The position numbers and the translations under genes were made by a program. From Paraspadella gotoi (Eukaryota; Animalia; Chaetognatha), in assembly GCA_051294375.1 (NCBI GenBank), contig CM119270.1, positions 17,301,070 to 17,365,069 on the forward strand: a DNA stretch of 64,000 nucleotides. The letters run 5' to 3'. Under the pieces are notes generated by a model. That model did not search any database, had not been told where the DNA came from, and saw only the letters and a program-made list of their open reading frames with translations. Below are positions 11,826 to 24,099 of the stretch, one piece after another. The number at the start of each line of letters is the position of its first letter. Within the stretch, counting starts at the first letter, position 1.

Positions 11826-14800
11826 AAAGAAACACAAAGAAACCTTCTCTTCCCTTCAACATCCCTTTCCTCAATCACCAGCACCATCAACACCCCTCAC
11901 ACGAGGACGAGGAGATTCACCGTCTCAACCACCTTCGCCCCGATGAGTTCGTCCACTCCTTCGGCGACGACGTCTCGATGGGCGACTTCAAGCGAATCCG
12001 CGACGCCATCCGGGCGAAGAAGAAGAGGGACAAGATCATGAGCAAGCAGATGAGAAGATGAGTTGAGGGGATGAGATGGGGAGACAAGAAGGAGATGGAA
12101 ATTATCCAAGTTCATGAGCAGATGAGTTTGATATGGAAAACGAGGCGAGATTTTTAGTTCGCATCGATAATTTAATCTCATTCAATTCCATTTGCATTTT
12201 GCAGTTTGGAAGGACTCGAATTTATTTTTGACATTTTCGGGAGTAATCGTGTCATGATTCGCGGAACTCGGGCCAAAATTATACTTGATTGACTTATATT
12301 CGATGGGTATCATATTTCGTACCGGTCCAATGTATTTTATGATAATTAGACGCATATTAGACAATTAAAACTATTTCATTTTCTGTTACTAATTGTATAA
12401 GGTTTTTTTCCCGTCTATAACCAGTAGTAATCATCATATGTTTAAATTTCTTTGAACCTTAGAAGCTTAATATTCTAGTATTAATTAACTAGCTATTCAT
12501 AAGATTAAAATAAAGATGTCATCGTTAATGCTTGGGCTTTCTGGGGTCAAAGAAAGGGATAAAAATAGGGCAATCGGTGGCGGTGGGAAGATACGTCACC
12601 TCTCTCTCTCTCTCTCTCTCCCTCTCCCTTCCTCCCTCCAAGTATTCCAAGCAGTTGCGCCGAGAGAATGCCCGACGCGGTCGCGGATCCTCCAAGGCCT
12701 CCAAGAAGTTGTCCAAGATGTTGAAGAAGGAAAACAAGAGATACTTGAGGAGGAGGAACAAGATGTGGGCGCAGGAGGACGCTCTCGTCAGGCAGGAGAG
12801 GATCGCCGACAGGCTCGATCAGGCCGTCGAGGAAGGGGACGCCGTGGTGAGTGCAGGGGGGGGTTAAGGGGACGGTCAAGGTTTGGTGAGGTCAGGATGG
12901 AAAGTAAGTTTAGATATAAGTGAGATAATATTATTTTCGGTTGTTCGATATTGTAGCAGATATAGTTATATCTTGGAGGTGCGTCTGTGTTGATAATGAT
13001 GACGATGACGATGATGATGACGACGACGACGACGAAGTAAGTAAGTAAACGAAACTGGTTCCTACAATAATGATGTTATAGACTGTACTGAATCAACCAT
13101 GTTGAATTCGAAATAAAAACGCATAATAATATCACTAGATCTGCATGAAAGAAAAAAAGGGATTAACATAAATTAATGCGTCACGATAACATTTAATTAA
13201 TGATTTAGAATACAAGTCAGTGAGAGAGACGTTGACAGTTCCAAGTGATTCATCAAAAACATTTTGAGTCCAACAAAGGAAGACTCGGTAAGATCGAGGG
13301 AGTCCTTGTGACATTCATTGTTTCTTTCTTCCAGCACTTGCACGACGCGTTTCACCACCACGATCACGGCGAAGACTTTCACGGCTCCTATCACCCTCAC
13401 AATCATTTTCACGGGGAACACTTTGGTGATTTGCACTACGATCAAGTTCAGGACGATGAAGATTTCCCAGATTTCGAGGGTGAAAGTGGGGGGGTGTGAA
13501 AGTAGGGATGGTGGAAGTTGGTGGAGTTGGCCGGAGAGGGGGGGGGGATATATTTCCAAAAGGGAACCCCCCATTTGTGTCCTTAATCACTGAACATATA
13601 TTTTTATATTCACTAATATTTGCAGGAATAAGTTTGAATTGTTTGTGACAACGATTTATTTTTTTTCATAAATCGTTGTCACAAACAAATAAAACTTATT
13701 CCTGCAAATTCCTAAAGCAACGAAACGAAAGGATTACACAATAAACCCTAATATTGAATTCAATATATTCAATTCCTAATAATTATCCCTAACTCTAACC
13801 TTAACCTTAAGTCTAACCCTAAACCCTAATCCCTAATCTTAAACCCTAATCCCTGATCTTAAACCCTAATCTCTAACACTAAACCCTAATTCCTAATCTT
13901 AAACCCTAATCCCTAATCTTAAACACTAATCTCTAACCCAAAACCCTAATCCCTGATCTTAAACCCTAATCCCTGATCTTAAACCCTAATCCCTAATCTT
14001 AAACCCTAATCCCTAACCCTAAACCCTAATCCCTCATCTTAAACCCTAATCCCAACTCTTAAACCCTAATGTCTAACCCTAAACCCAAGTCCCTAACCTT
14101 AATCCCTGACCCTAATCGCTAACCTCATTCCTAACCCTAATCCTTAACCTAATCAATATCATATTCCCTAAACTTACCCAAACTGTAAACCTAAAGATCG
14201 ACTCGATTCTGAATATAAGATAAAATGGGTCGTTCTGGGAAAATAAAGCCGTAGTGAAGCGTCGAGGGTTTGTAAGGTCCCAACCGAAATGTGAAATAGG
14301 AAAGAATAAAAACGGAAATAGATTCCTAAGAAATTAAACGAATCTGAGGAAAATCAAATTCAAATTAATATTAAATAAAAAAAGATAAAAATTGAATTGT
14401 AAGAGAGAGAAGGAAAAAAAAAAGGAAACGTAATGAAATGAAAAAAAAAAAAAAAAATTGAGATGGAAATAAAAAATCGAATCAAATCTGGAATCACGTG
14501 ACTAAATCGAGACGAATATCGGAGATGGGAATCGGAGATGGGAATCGGAGATGGGAAGCGGAGATGGGAATCGGAGATGGGAATCGGAGATGGGAATCGG
14601 AGATGGGAAGCGGAGATTGGAATCGGGGATGGGAAGCGAAGATGGGAAGCGGAGATAGAAATGGAAATCACGTATGAAGATCTTGGAAAGAAATCGTTGA
14701 TAGAGATCTTAGATGGAAATCGTTAATGGAACAAAAAAAAAAGATTTTTCGACGAGAGATGTCGCGTCATTCATTCGTCGTTTCCTACTTCGGATGTAAT

Positions 14801-16596
14801 AACTAAAATGGAAGACGAACCGGTTATAGAGATCCACGTTTCCGTATTAAGCGGCGTCGGCTGCTCCTGCCGCTGATGTCTCTCCTGCTGCCGCAGCTGA
14901 GTAGAAGATGTTTGGAAGAACGTCAAATAGATAAAAGGATCTTTAAGAACCACCTTCGCCGAAATACGAACAATTGGTCTTTAACTATGTTCGGCTCTTA
15001 AACTATAATAATAAATATTAAATAATAATATTAATAATAATATAATAACAATAATAACAATAATAATTATAATTATTATTATTTATTTTTCTCGATTCCT
15101 CAGACACGGTTACGACTCCCCACGAAAAGAGAGTTCATCTTAAACCTTCCGGTAGTCGTCGTCGTCGTCGTCGTCGTCGACGCGACGTGTCACCGGCGCA
15201 ACTGGACGATCTACTCGAGAGAGAATCGGAGAAGACGAAGCGACGAGCGGCTGGAGACTCGGGGGAAGACAGTGAGTCGGAGGAAGGAAGGGTGAGACTG
15301 AGAGCGTGTGGAAGGCGGGGAGCCGGAGTAAAGTGTGGATACTGGATAAGGTTGAAGGCGAGTGGAGTCGAAAGAAGCAGTATATATTGTAAATTTGAAA
15401 ATTGTATTGTATTGTTTTGTATTGTATTGCATGAATGAATTTCGATTGTACGAATTTCATGCGTAGAGGAAAAAAAGAAGAAACAAACAAATATGAAAAA
15501 TTGCAAGATTACTCGTTTTAAATACTATATTAGACTTTAAAATTTTATATTAAAATTTAAAAATAAATGTAAAAATTTAATACATTTCACAATATATTAG
15601 ACTTAAACATATTCTTTATATAAAGTATATTCTTTTATAATGTAATGGGGAGAGGGATGTTAGTGTTGACTTCAGGAAATAAAGGGAACATCTATACGAC
15701 ACAAAGTTAAAAGTTAATATATGTTAGTATATGTTAGTATATGTTAGTATATGTATGTAAAAAGATGTGAATCGTGAACCCGCGAAACCTTTTCTGGAAT
15801 GATGGGGTCGAGTATTTTTCGTTCCAACCTTCACATCTGAGGATGACAGTTTTTCTTTTTCGCCAACTGAATCATCGCAGATTTTTTCTTTTTTTGTTTT
15901 CTGTTAAAAAAACGACGAATTTAGTGAGATGCATAACTAATTTTTTTCAGGGTTAACCTAAAAGTTATTTTTTATTTAATATAGATTTTTTAAAAAAAAG
16001 TACAGAGTAATTGAGTGACAATAAAGAAAGTGATATACTTATTTTATGAAAAGCGATCGTTTTAGAGAAATATGCAATGGAACCAAACCACGCCTTCGAC
16101 GTCATTTCGCCAACCCTTGATACGATTGGTCGAGAAGGAATCTAATAGTCGACCAATAGGAAATCTCGATTGAGGAAATTTTGCGATTACTTTATCGTTC
16201 CCTATTATTAAGTCTTGAAACGATTAGGAAACCATGGTAACCTAAGAATTGTGATGTCTTTTTGTTCATTTGTTCGTAAAAGCGACGGACGACGCGGATC
16301 GAACGCCCGTCGGATTCGATCCTAACGACGACCTCTTCGACGATTTGACGGCGGCGGTGGGCGAACTCCAAGAGGTCGGGAGTGGCGGCGCCGGAGGACA
16401 AAGCGGAGATTGGATGACAGAGAGAAATCGAGAAAGCCATTGATAATGGATTTGAGAGGAGAAGGAAGGTGAGAGGGAGAGGGGAGAGAGAGAGAGAGGG
16501 AGGAGAGAGAGAGAGACAGTTCAATATCACCCTCGTGTCCCGATTATTTCCATTTTCCAGAGAGATTTCAATCGATCACAAGCTTCACGATTCTGA
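10064..16596 (+). CDS. Putative secreted His/Asp-rich protein, ~390 aa, 10 exons
   Basis: Exons: 10064-10138 (signal-peptide-like if two single-base insertions are corrected), 10597-10729, 11465-11511, 11629-11765, 11882-~12028, 12643-12846, 13335-13479, 15104-15271, 16283-16374, 16561-16596 (TGA). From exon 2 onward the junctions are phase-consistent AG/GT, except the exon 5 donor. Codons are GC3-rich. Translation includes DDHHHDEESHGVLHHLGSKLKHHHQHPSHEDEE, KKLSKMLKKENKRYLRRRNK, HLHDAFHHHDHGEDFHGSYHPHNHFHGEHF and RRRRRRRRRDVS. Confidence 0.7.
10310..10550. repeat. (GATA)n microsatellite in intron 1 of the His-rich gene
   Basis: Visible tandem gata/tagataga array. Confidence 0.95.
13545..14254. 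mobile_element. MITE-like element with terminal inverted repeats and an internal ~20-bp CCCTAA-containing array
   Basis: Left end 'tttccaaaagggaaccccccattt' (13553), right end 'aaaatgggtcgttctgggaaaataaagccgtag' (to 14254). Internal array of taaaccctaatccctaatct-like units at ~13790-14150. Same ends as the element at 45911-46160. Confidence 0.6.
13618..13709. repeat. Near-perfect palindrome/hairpin with ~42-bp arms
   Basis: atttgcaggaataagtttgaattgtttgtgacaacgatttat / T-rich loop / ataaatcgttgtcacaaacaaataaaacttattcctgcaaat. Confidence 0.9.
14519..14660. repeat. 12-13-bp tandem repeat (ggagatgggaatc / ggagatgggaagc)
   Basis: About 11 visible units. Confidence 0.9.
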
Positions 16597-16849
16597 TCGA
16601 AGACGGAAATTCGCTGAGAAACTTCGCGGCAAAAATTGAAAAAAAAAAAAAAAAAAAATCGGGGAAAAAATTAAAGTTTGTGTTGATGATATAATATTTC
16701 TTGAGAAAAATTAATAGAAATTTGTTAATTAAATTTTAATGAAGTGAAAACCACATTAAGACTTATTAAGAAAAAAAAAGCCTTGTGATTAGCGGTGACA
16801 AATTTTGACGTAATTGTAGTAAGTCGTAAGTCGTAAGTCGTGACCCAGT

Positions 16850-16960
16850 GTCTCATTGACTAATACCATCAGCAAATGACCATTAGGTACCGGAATCGAT
16901 GGCCTATCGTACCTAACAAGGGGCAAGCGTGAGGACTGCCGTTAACCGACTTGGGGGCCT
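16850..16960 (-). mobile_element. Interspersed repeat, possibly a tRNA-derived SINE fragment
   Basis: 'ctcattgactaataccatcagcaaatgaccattaggtaccggaatcgat' recurs at ~49130-49185. The minus strand of the 49130 copy has a B-box-like 'gggatcgatccc'. A related stretch 'gttaacagccgtcctcacgct' occurs at ~29210 on the plus strand. Confidence 0.45.
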
Positions 16961-17459
16961 GGAAAACCCTAAAAAACTAGTTTCCAAGCCCAGGACCCGT
17001 CCGAGGGGTCACAGAAGATTCGTAGTGTTCACTGTTCAGCCCACATTATTCACGTTAAAAAATATGTTCGCAGTGATGAAGGATACGCTAAAACGGACGT
17101 CTCAAGTTATGTCACGAACAATACCATAACTGAAGCTACAAGCGATACCAAAAATGGGGCTTTCGAACGTCAACGTGATGTTTGCCTGCCACGCTGAAAG
17201 GATGAGAGGCGCGAGATGGAGATTCCCCGTTTTCTGGTGGAAATGTGGGCCATGTTGCGGGCAATCCCGGTGGACCAGTTTTGTAGAGTTGTTCATTTTA
17301 TTGTTTACACGTCTAGAGATAATTATCGTTTTGGTCAAACGTAAATTAACTTAAATTACGTAAATTACTTGTTAGTTTTAAGCGAATGTGGGCGGGCGAC
17401 GATGTTGGTGATTTGGCTTCTCTTACCCGTGTTACTCCGATCGTAGACGGAATTGGCTC

Positions 17460-19870
17460 TTTCGTCTTCCCAGTTCGTGGTCGTCGTTCGTCGTTCGTCG
17501 TCGTTCGTCGTCGTATGTCGTTCGTCGTCGTCGTAGGTCATCGTCGTGGTCGTCGTTCGTCGTCATCGTTCGTCGTCATCGTTCGTACGTCGTTCTCTTC
17601 GTCATCATCGTCGTACGTCATCGTCGTACGTCAGTTCGTCGTACGTCATCGTCGTCGTTCGTCGTCGTCATCGTCGTACGTCATCGTCGTACGTCATCGT
17701 CGTCGTTCGTCGTCGTCATCGTCGTTCGTCATCGTCGTTCGTCGTCGTCATCGTCGTTTGTCGTCGTCGTCATCGTCGTACGTCATCGTCGTCGTTGGTC
17801 GTCATCGTCGTCGTCGTCGTCGTTCGTTGTCATCGTCGTTCCTCATCGTTCGTCGTCATCGTCGTTCGTCATCGTCGTTCGTCGTCGTCATCGTCGTTTG
17901 TCGTCGTACGTCATCGTCGTCGTTCGTCGTCGTAGGTCATCGTCGTGCGTCGTCGTTCGTCGTCATCGTTCGTCGTCATCGTGTCGTAGTCGTTCCTCGT
18001 CATCATCGTCGTACGTCATCGTCGTACGTCATCGTCGTACGTCATCGTCGTCGTTCGTCGTCGTCATCGTCGTACGTCATCGTCGTATCGTCAGTCGTCG
18101 TCGTTCGTCGTCGTCATCGTCGTTCGTCATCGTCGTTCGTCGTCGTCATCGTCGTTTGTCGTCGTACGTCATCGTCGTACGTCATCGTCGTCGTTGGTCG
18201 TATCGTCGTCGTCGTCGTCGTTCGTTGTCATCGTCGTTCCTCATCGTTCGTCGTCATCGTCGTTCGTCATCGTCGTTCGTCGTCGTCATCGTCGTTTGTC
18301 GTCGTACGTCATCGTCGTCGTTCGTCATCGTCATCGTCGTCGTCATCGTTCGTCGTCGTTCCTCGTCATCATCGTCGTACGTAATCGTCGTCGTTCGTCG
18401 TTGGTCGTCATCGTCGTCGTCGTCATCGTTCGTTGTCATCGTCGTTCCTCATTCGTATCGGTACGTCATTCGTCGTTCGTCGTTTAGTCATCGTGGTGTT
18501 CGTCGTCTCGTCGTTATATGTCGTATCGTTTGATCCCGTCGTACGTCATCGTGTACGTCCGTCGTTCATCGTCGTCGTGTCCCCGTTTCCCGTCTCGCGT
18601 CATCGTCGGTGATCCTCGTCGTTCGTTCGTCATCGTCGTTCCGTCGATCGGTCGTCACTCGTCTGTACGTCATGCGTCGTAAGTCATGGTATCGTCGCGT
18701 TGTCGTCATCGTGTCGTCGTCGGTCGTTCGTTGTCATCGCGTCGCGTTCCTCATGCGTTCGTCGCGCTCATCGTCGTTCGTTCATCGTCGTTCTGTCGTC
18801 GTCATCAAATATCGGCGTTTCGTCGTCGTACGTCATCGTCGTCGTTCGTCTCGGTCATCCGTCGTCGTCATCGTTCGTGGTCGTCGTTTCCTCGTCATCA
18901 TCGGGTCGTACGTATCATCGTCGTCGTTTATCGTCCACGTTGGTTCCGTCATCGGTCGGTCCGTCGTCGTCGTCGTTCGTTGTCATCGTCGTTCCTCATC
19001 GTTTCGTGCGTCATCGTCGTTCGTCATCGTCGTTTCGTACGTCGTCATCGTCGTTTGTCGTCGTACGTTCATCGTCGTCGTTTCGTCATCGTCAGTTTCG
19101 TCGTCGTCATCGTTCGTCGTCGTTCCTCGTCATCATCGTCGTACGTAATCGTCGTCGTTCGTCGTTGGTACGTCTCGTCGTCGTCGTCGTCGTTCGTTGT
19201 CATCGTTCGTTCCTCATCGTTCGTCGTCAATCTGTCGTTCGGGTCATCGTCGTTCGTCGTCAGTCATCGTCGTTTGTCGTCGTACGTCATCGTCGTACGT
19301 CATCGTCGTCGTCGTCGTTCGTCTCGTCATCGGAGTCGTCATTCCTCGCATGCGTTCCGTCGTCATCGTCGTTGTCAGTGTCGTTCCTCCGTCCCATCGC
19401 GTACGTCATCGTGTCGTTCGTGTTGGTCGTAATCGTCGTCTCGTCGTGTTCGTTGTCATCGTCGTTCCTCATCGTCGTTCGTCGTTCATCGTCCGTTCGT
19501 CATCGTCGTTCTGCTCGTCGTACGTCATATCGTCTCGTCGTTCCTGTTTCATCGTCATCGTCGTGTTCGTCTCGAGTCGTTTCGTCGTCGTCATCGTCGT
19601 TTGCGTCGTACGTGCATCGTCGTTGACGTCATCGTCGTTCGGTCGGCGAGGTCATCGCCGCTGTCAGTTCGTGTCTCGTGTCGTGTCTGTCAGTCATCGT
19701 CGTACGTCATCGCCGCGTTGCTCGTTGGTCGTCGTCTCCATCGTCTGCTCGTCGTCATCGTCGCTCTTCCCCAGTTTCACTCGCCTTTAGAACAACTCAT
19801 CCGAGGTTCTGTTTTCACCTCCGTAAATCATTTGTTGTCGTCGTCGTTTTCACTTTGTCACTGTCATCGT
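17460..19870. repeat. ~2.4 kb (TCG)n-derived compound minisatellite with higher-order units
   Basis: Continuous cgt/cat/cgtt/cgta units. The block 'ttcgttgtcatcgtcgttcctcatcgtt' recurs, increasingly degenerate, at ~17823, 18221, 18429, 18727, 18976, 19192 and 19449. Confidence 0.95.
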
Positions 19871-20203
19871 TTTGCGTTGAGGGCGTCTGCGTCGTTGTCA
19901 TTCTGGATGTCAGGTTTTATGTCGGATTTGTAAATATGACTTACTTAGGTTTTTTTTTCACCCTTGTCATTGTCTCCTTCTTTGTCAGCGTCGCCCTTGT
20001 CATTGTCATCGCATTTCCCGCAACTTGTTCGCTGATTAACTTTTCACAGTCAATAATAACCGTTAAAATCCTGACATTTAGTCATTTCGATTTCACAATT
20101 TTCCAAAGTGCCCTGTCTCTCTCTCTTTTTTTTTTAAATTGACTGTTTCGATTCAAACCATCTTTCGATACATTTACAATTTAAAACTAAAGTTTTTGGC
20201 ACG

Positions 20204-20264
20204 CTTATAATTTTTATAATTTTTATAATTTTTATAATTTTTATAATTTTTATAATTTTTATAA
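20204..20264. repeat. 9-bp tandem repeat (tttttataa)n
   Basis: About 6-7 copies. Confidence 0.9.
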
Positions 20265-20706
20265 TGCGCTCTCCCGACCACGAAATTTTGTAATTTCTCG
20301 CTATCTTGATCCAAGGAGAAAAATATTGGAAAAACCGCGCAACACGTAAAAAAAAAATTAAAAAAAAGAACAACAAAAAAAAAAATAAAAATAAAACGAT
20401 GTGTTAAAATTACTTTTAATATTTTTTTTAAATTGTGCGCCTTTTAAATTCCGTTAAATGTTCATGAGTGCTTCCAATTTTTTACAAATTATTCTTATTT
20501 GGTTAGTACTCTATTGTTTTTCACGCAGCAGGTTTGCGTTTATAACCTTAATTTACCGACTTACAAAAGTCATTCGTCCGTCAATGATCGTAACAAATAA
20601 CAATGGTTCATTGTACCGCAATATGCAAAGCTTGAAATGTTTCCGCTTGGATAAGTTAAGGCACGGTACAGGCGGTCGTCTTGTTCCGAGATTAAAAAAA
20701 ATCGTA

Positions 20707-20741
<35 letters not shown>

Positions 20742-21208
20742 GGACTTTCTCGATTTTCTCGCGAGATTGGCAAATTGTCAACGGCGTCTAGATTAAGCGG
20801 AGGGTGAGTAAAAAGGTGAGGTGATGTGAGGGAAGGGGAGACTAGAAGGGAAGAATAGGAGTCAAGTGGGATTATTGAGTGTTACTGTGAATTGGATCGT
20901 AGTTATTTGTGAATCATTTGAATAGTGAAAGAGTGAATTAATTAAGTAGCGAAGTTGCGATGTTATTGAGTTATATACCTACTACCTAGTGTGTGAATGA
21001 GTTGAGTAGTGGAGGATAAAGTAATGAAATCTTATCTTATCTTATCGCTGGAAAATAGGGTATTATTATGTACGGAGCAGAAACCAGAAGAAACTGCTCA
21101 AGCGGATAATGAGCTGAAAAATCACGATTCCTTTGCGAAATCCAGGTTGTACTGGAATGGCTTAATGACTGGTTCACCCGATGTGAATAAAAACCGCGAT
21201 TGTACGCT

Positions 21209-21287
21209 ATAATATAATATAATATAATATAATATAATATAATATAATATAATATAATATAATATAATATAATATAATATAATATAA
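21209..21287. repeat. (ATAAT)n pentanucleotide microsatellite
   Basis: Visible perfect array. Confidence 0.95.
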
Positions 21288-22371
21288 GCTAATATAATAG
21301 AACGCGAAGACTTTGACTTAAGTTCGTGGTGAGGTGAAGCGAAACCCGTCATCAGAACCGACTGATCTCAGTTCATAACTCGATACACTTAAAAAGAAGA
21401 AAAAAAGAAGAAAAAATTAGCGAAAAAAAGAATTAAATCGTAGGAAGGAATGACGTCAAACAGTTTGTACTAAACGTGTGACTTGCGACATGACGATGGC
21501 AAGTTGTGCTCGCATTCCGTTACCATGACGACCAATTTCCATTCTCCTTGGAATCTTCCAGTTCCTTTTTTTTCTTTTTTTTTTGCTCAGTGACGAATAC
21601 AAATTCTGAACTTAGAAAAAAAAGGGGGAAAGTCAAGGCTCGCATATATTTATGCCTCTCTCTCTCCCTTTACCTCTCTTCCTCTCTCTCTCTCCCTCTC
21701 TCTCCCTCTATACCTTTCTCCCCTTGTAGTACTGGATAATTTTTTGAATGCAAGGTTTTTATGTATTCAAGATTTTCTATTAATATTTCAATTCATTCAG
21801 ACTAGAAATACTCCAACTATTTTAGTATATCATAAGATTGTAATAAGATTTCTACGAAATCTCTTTCCTATGATGATTAAAACGACCTGACGCAGCCATA
21901 TCTTTACTAAATTTACCAAACCTTACCCAACCATATATGTTTCCTTGCGACCTCTCCCAAACCTTCCTGCACTTTCCGGCACCTTCCTGCATCTGCCCAT
22001 CCTCGACTGATCCTAATTCCCCGCATCTTCCTGCATCTACCATCCTGCACCAGGGCCTCCCCAACTTCGTCCATGAAAGCCGTTTTTTTTTCTCTCTGCG
22101 CTTTACTGCTTTTCAAAAAGTGAAAAAAAATTTGCATCAACGGGACGAAAAATGAGATTCAGAAAGAAAAAAATTGTGAATAAAACGAAAAAAATAGGAG
22201 TTGAAAAAAAAATTAATATTTAAGAACGAAAAGAAACTAAAGAAAATATAAAAAAGGAAGATAAAAAAAAAAACGATCAAGGGGAAGGAAGGAGGTGAGA
22301 AACTGCAAAGCTGCGGGGCAGCAATGCAAACGCTTTTTATATCTTCGGCCTTGGGCCAGAGGTGAGCGGTA

Positions 22372-22419
<48 letters not shown>

Positions 22420-22701
22420 GGAAGAAAGAGAGGAAGAGAGAGAGTGAAAGAAAGAAAGAAAGAGATAAAAAAGAAAGAAAGAAAGAAGGAAGTAGATAAA
22501 ATGAAACAAGAACCTAAGCAATTTTAGTAAATTCTCTCGAGTCATTCAAACGATATTTGAAACAGTGACGGGCGACCGAATTCGAGATCCGAAAACAAAG
22601 TAAAGTGACTTACATTTCTCGTCGTTTGTTATTATCGTTGAATTTTTTCTGCGTCAGAGCAAAATCATTTGAAAAATCCCACGTTTAAAATTATTCCAGA
22701 A

Positions 22702-22807
<106 letters not shown>

Positions 22808-23007
22808 GTCTCTCTCTCTCTCTTCTCTCTCCATTCACAGCTGTGACTCGTGATGCAGGATGGTATTAGTCGAAAAAAATTTTAATCGCGTGAAATTAGA
22901 ATTTATAAAAATCGTTTGAAATCTTGATTCTTGATTTCAGTAGAATTAATTTAGATTAACGGAAAATACAGACTTAGTGGAAAATGCGATAGAAAAGTGG
23001 AAAGAAC

Positions 23008-23038
<31 letters not shown>

Positions 23039-23221
23039 AGGGAGAATAAGATAAATGGAAAGAACGACTGAATGATTGTGTGAAAGAGGAAATAGAAAAA
23101 GGAAAGACTTGTATAAGACTCGATGAAAAAGATGAAACCAAAAAAGGATAAAGAAAAAGCGGGAGCGTTGAGCGTGAAAATTTTTAACGACAGAATATTG
23201 TGTTGCGAGATTTCCATTGGA

Positions 23222-23314
<93 letters not shown>

Positions 23315-24099
23315 AAAAAGAGAGGATTTTTCAAAAAACAGGATAATAAAAAAAGCAAAACGGCTGAAACTGATGTTATTCGTTCAAAATAACAGCTCGT
23401 GACGAAATGAGTCCGGGACGACAACCTCGACGACGACGACGACGACGACGACGACGNNNNNNNNNNNNNNNNNNNNGAAAGAGAGAGCGAGAGTGAAGGC
23501 GAAAAAGGAACACGGAAAATATGGTGCCGAAAAGCAGAAGGCTAACCTTTATTTTTACTACAGTACAATTTCTATTCTGTTTCTCTTAAAACTGTATTAA
23601 TAATAATAATAAGAAAAAAAAATTAAAAAAAAAAAAAAAAATAATAATAATAATAATAATAATAATTATAATCTTTAATAAGTACTTAATATGTATTAAA
23701 TCTGTGAAAAGGGTGATAATTCAGTGAAATCCGGATTTTTTGAAAGGGTGTGAAATTTATTTGGAAATTTTAACCCATTATATTGTTATGAATAAATATA
23801 TAGCTAACTGGGGACCAGTAATGTATAAAATTTAAAAATAAATTCATCAAACGGTCGTTACGGGTTTTTATTTTCGTAATCTATAAACTAAATTGTTATT
23901 TTAAGAAATTGTATAATTTTCACATCACTCTCATGAAGAGGATGGGTTAATCAATCACATCGAGAATATTAAGGACGATGTGATTTTCGCATCTGGGTTC
24001 ATTTTAAATTGAATGGTAAGGTAAGTTCCAGCGGAACGTGATGGCGAATCGGGTGGGTGACGGAGACCTCATCAAACGGGGCGACGGAATATGTGACTC

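Noticed and set aside
12516-12923. Alternative frame (VFQAVAPREC...) for the 12643 exon using a GC donor at 12042
   Set aside because: It puts the next exon out of frame with a stop; codon usage favours the YSKQLRR frame.
13790-14150. True telomere or chromosome-fusion site
   Set aside because: A degenerate 20-bp higher-order unit, interstitial, intronic and bounded by inverted repeats.
14771-14953. Minus-strand 60-aa ORF inside the His-rich gene intron
   Set aside because: No recognisable motif, ATG start or convincing splice context.
17386-19933. Long overlapping ORFs (up to 332 aa) rich in S/R/V/H
   Set aside because: They are translations of the TCG-derived satellite, open in all frames because the units lack stops.
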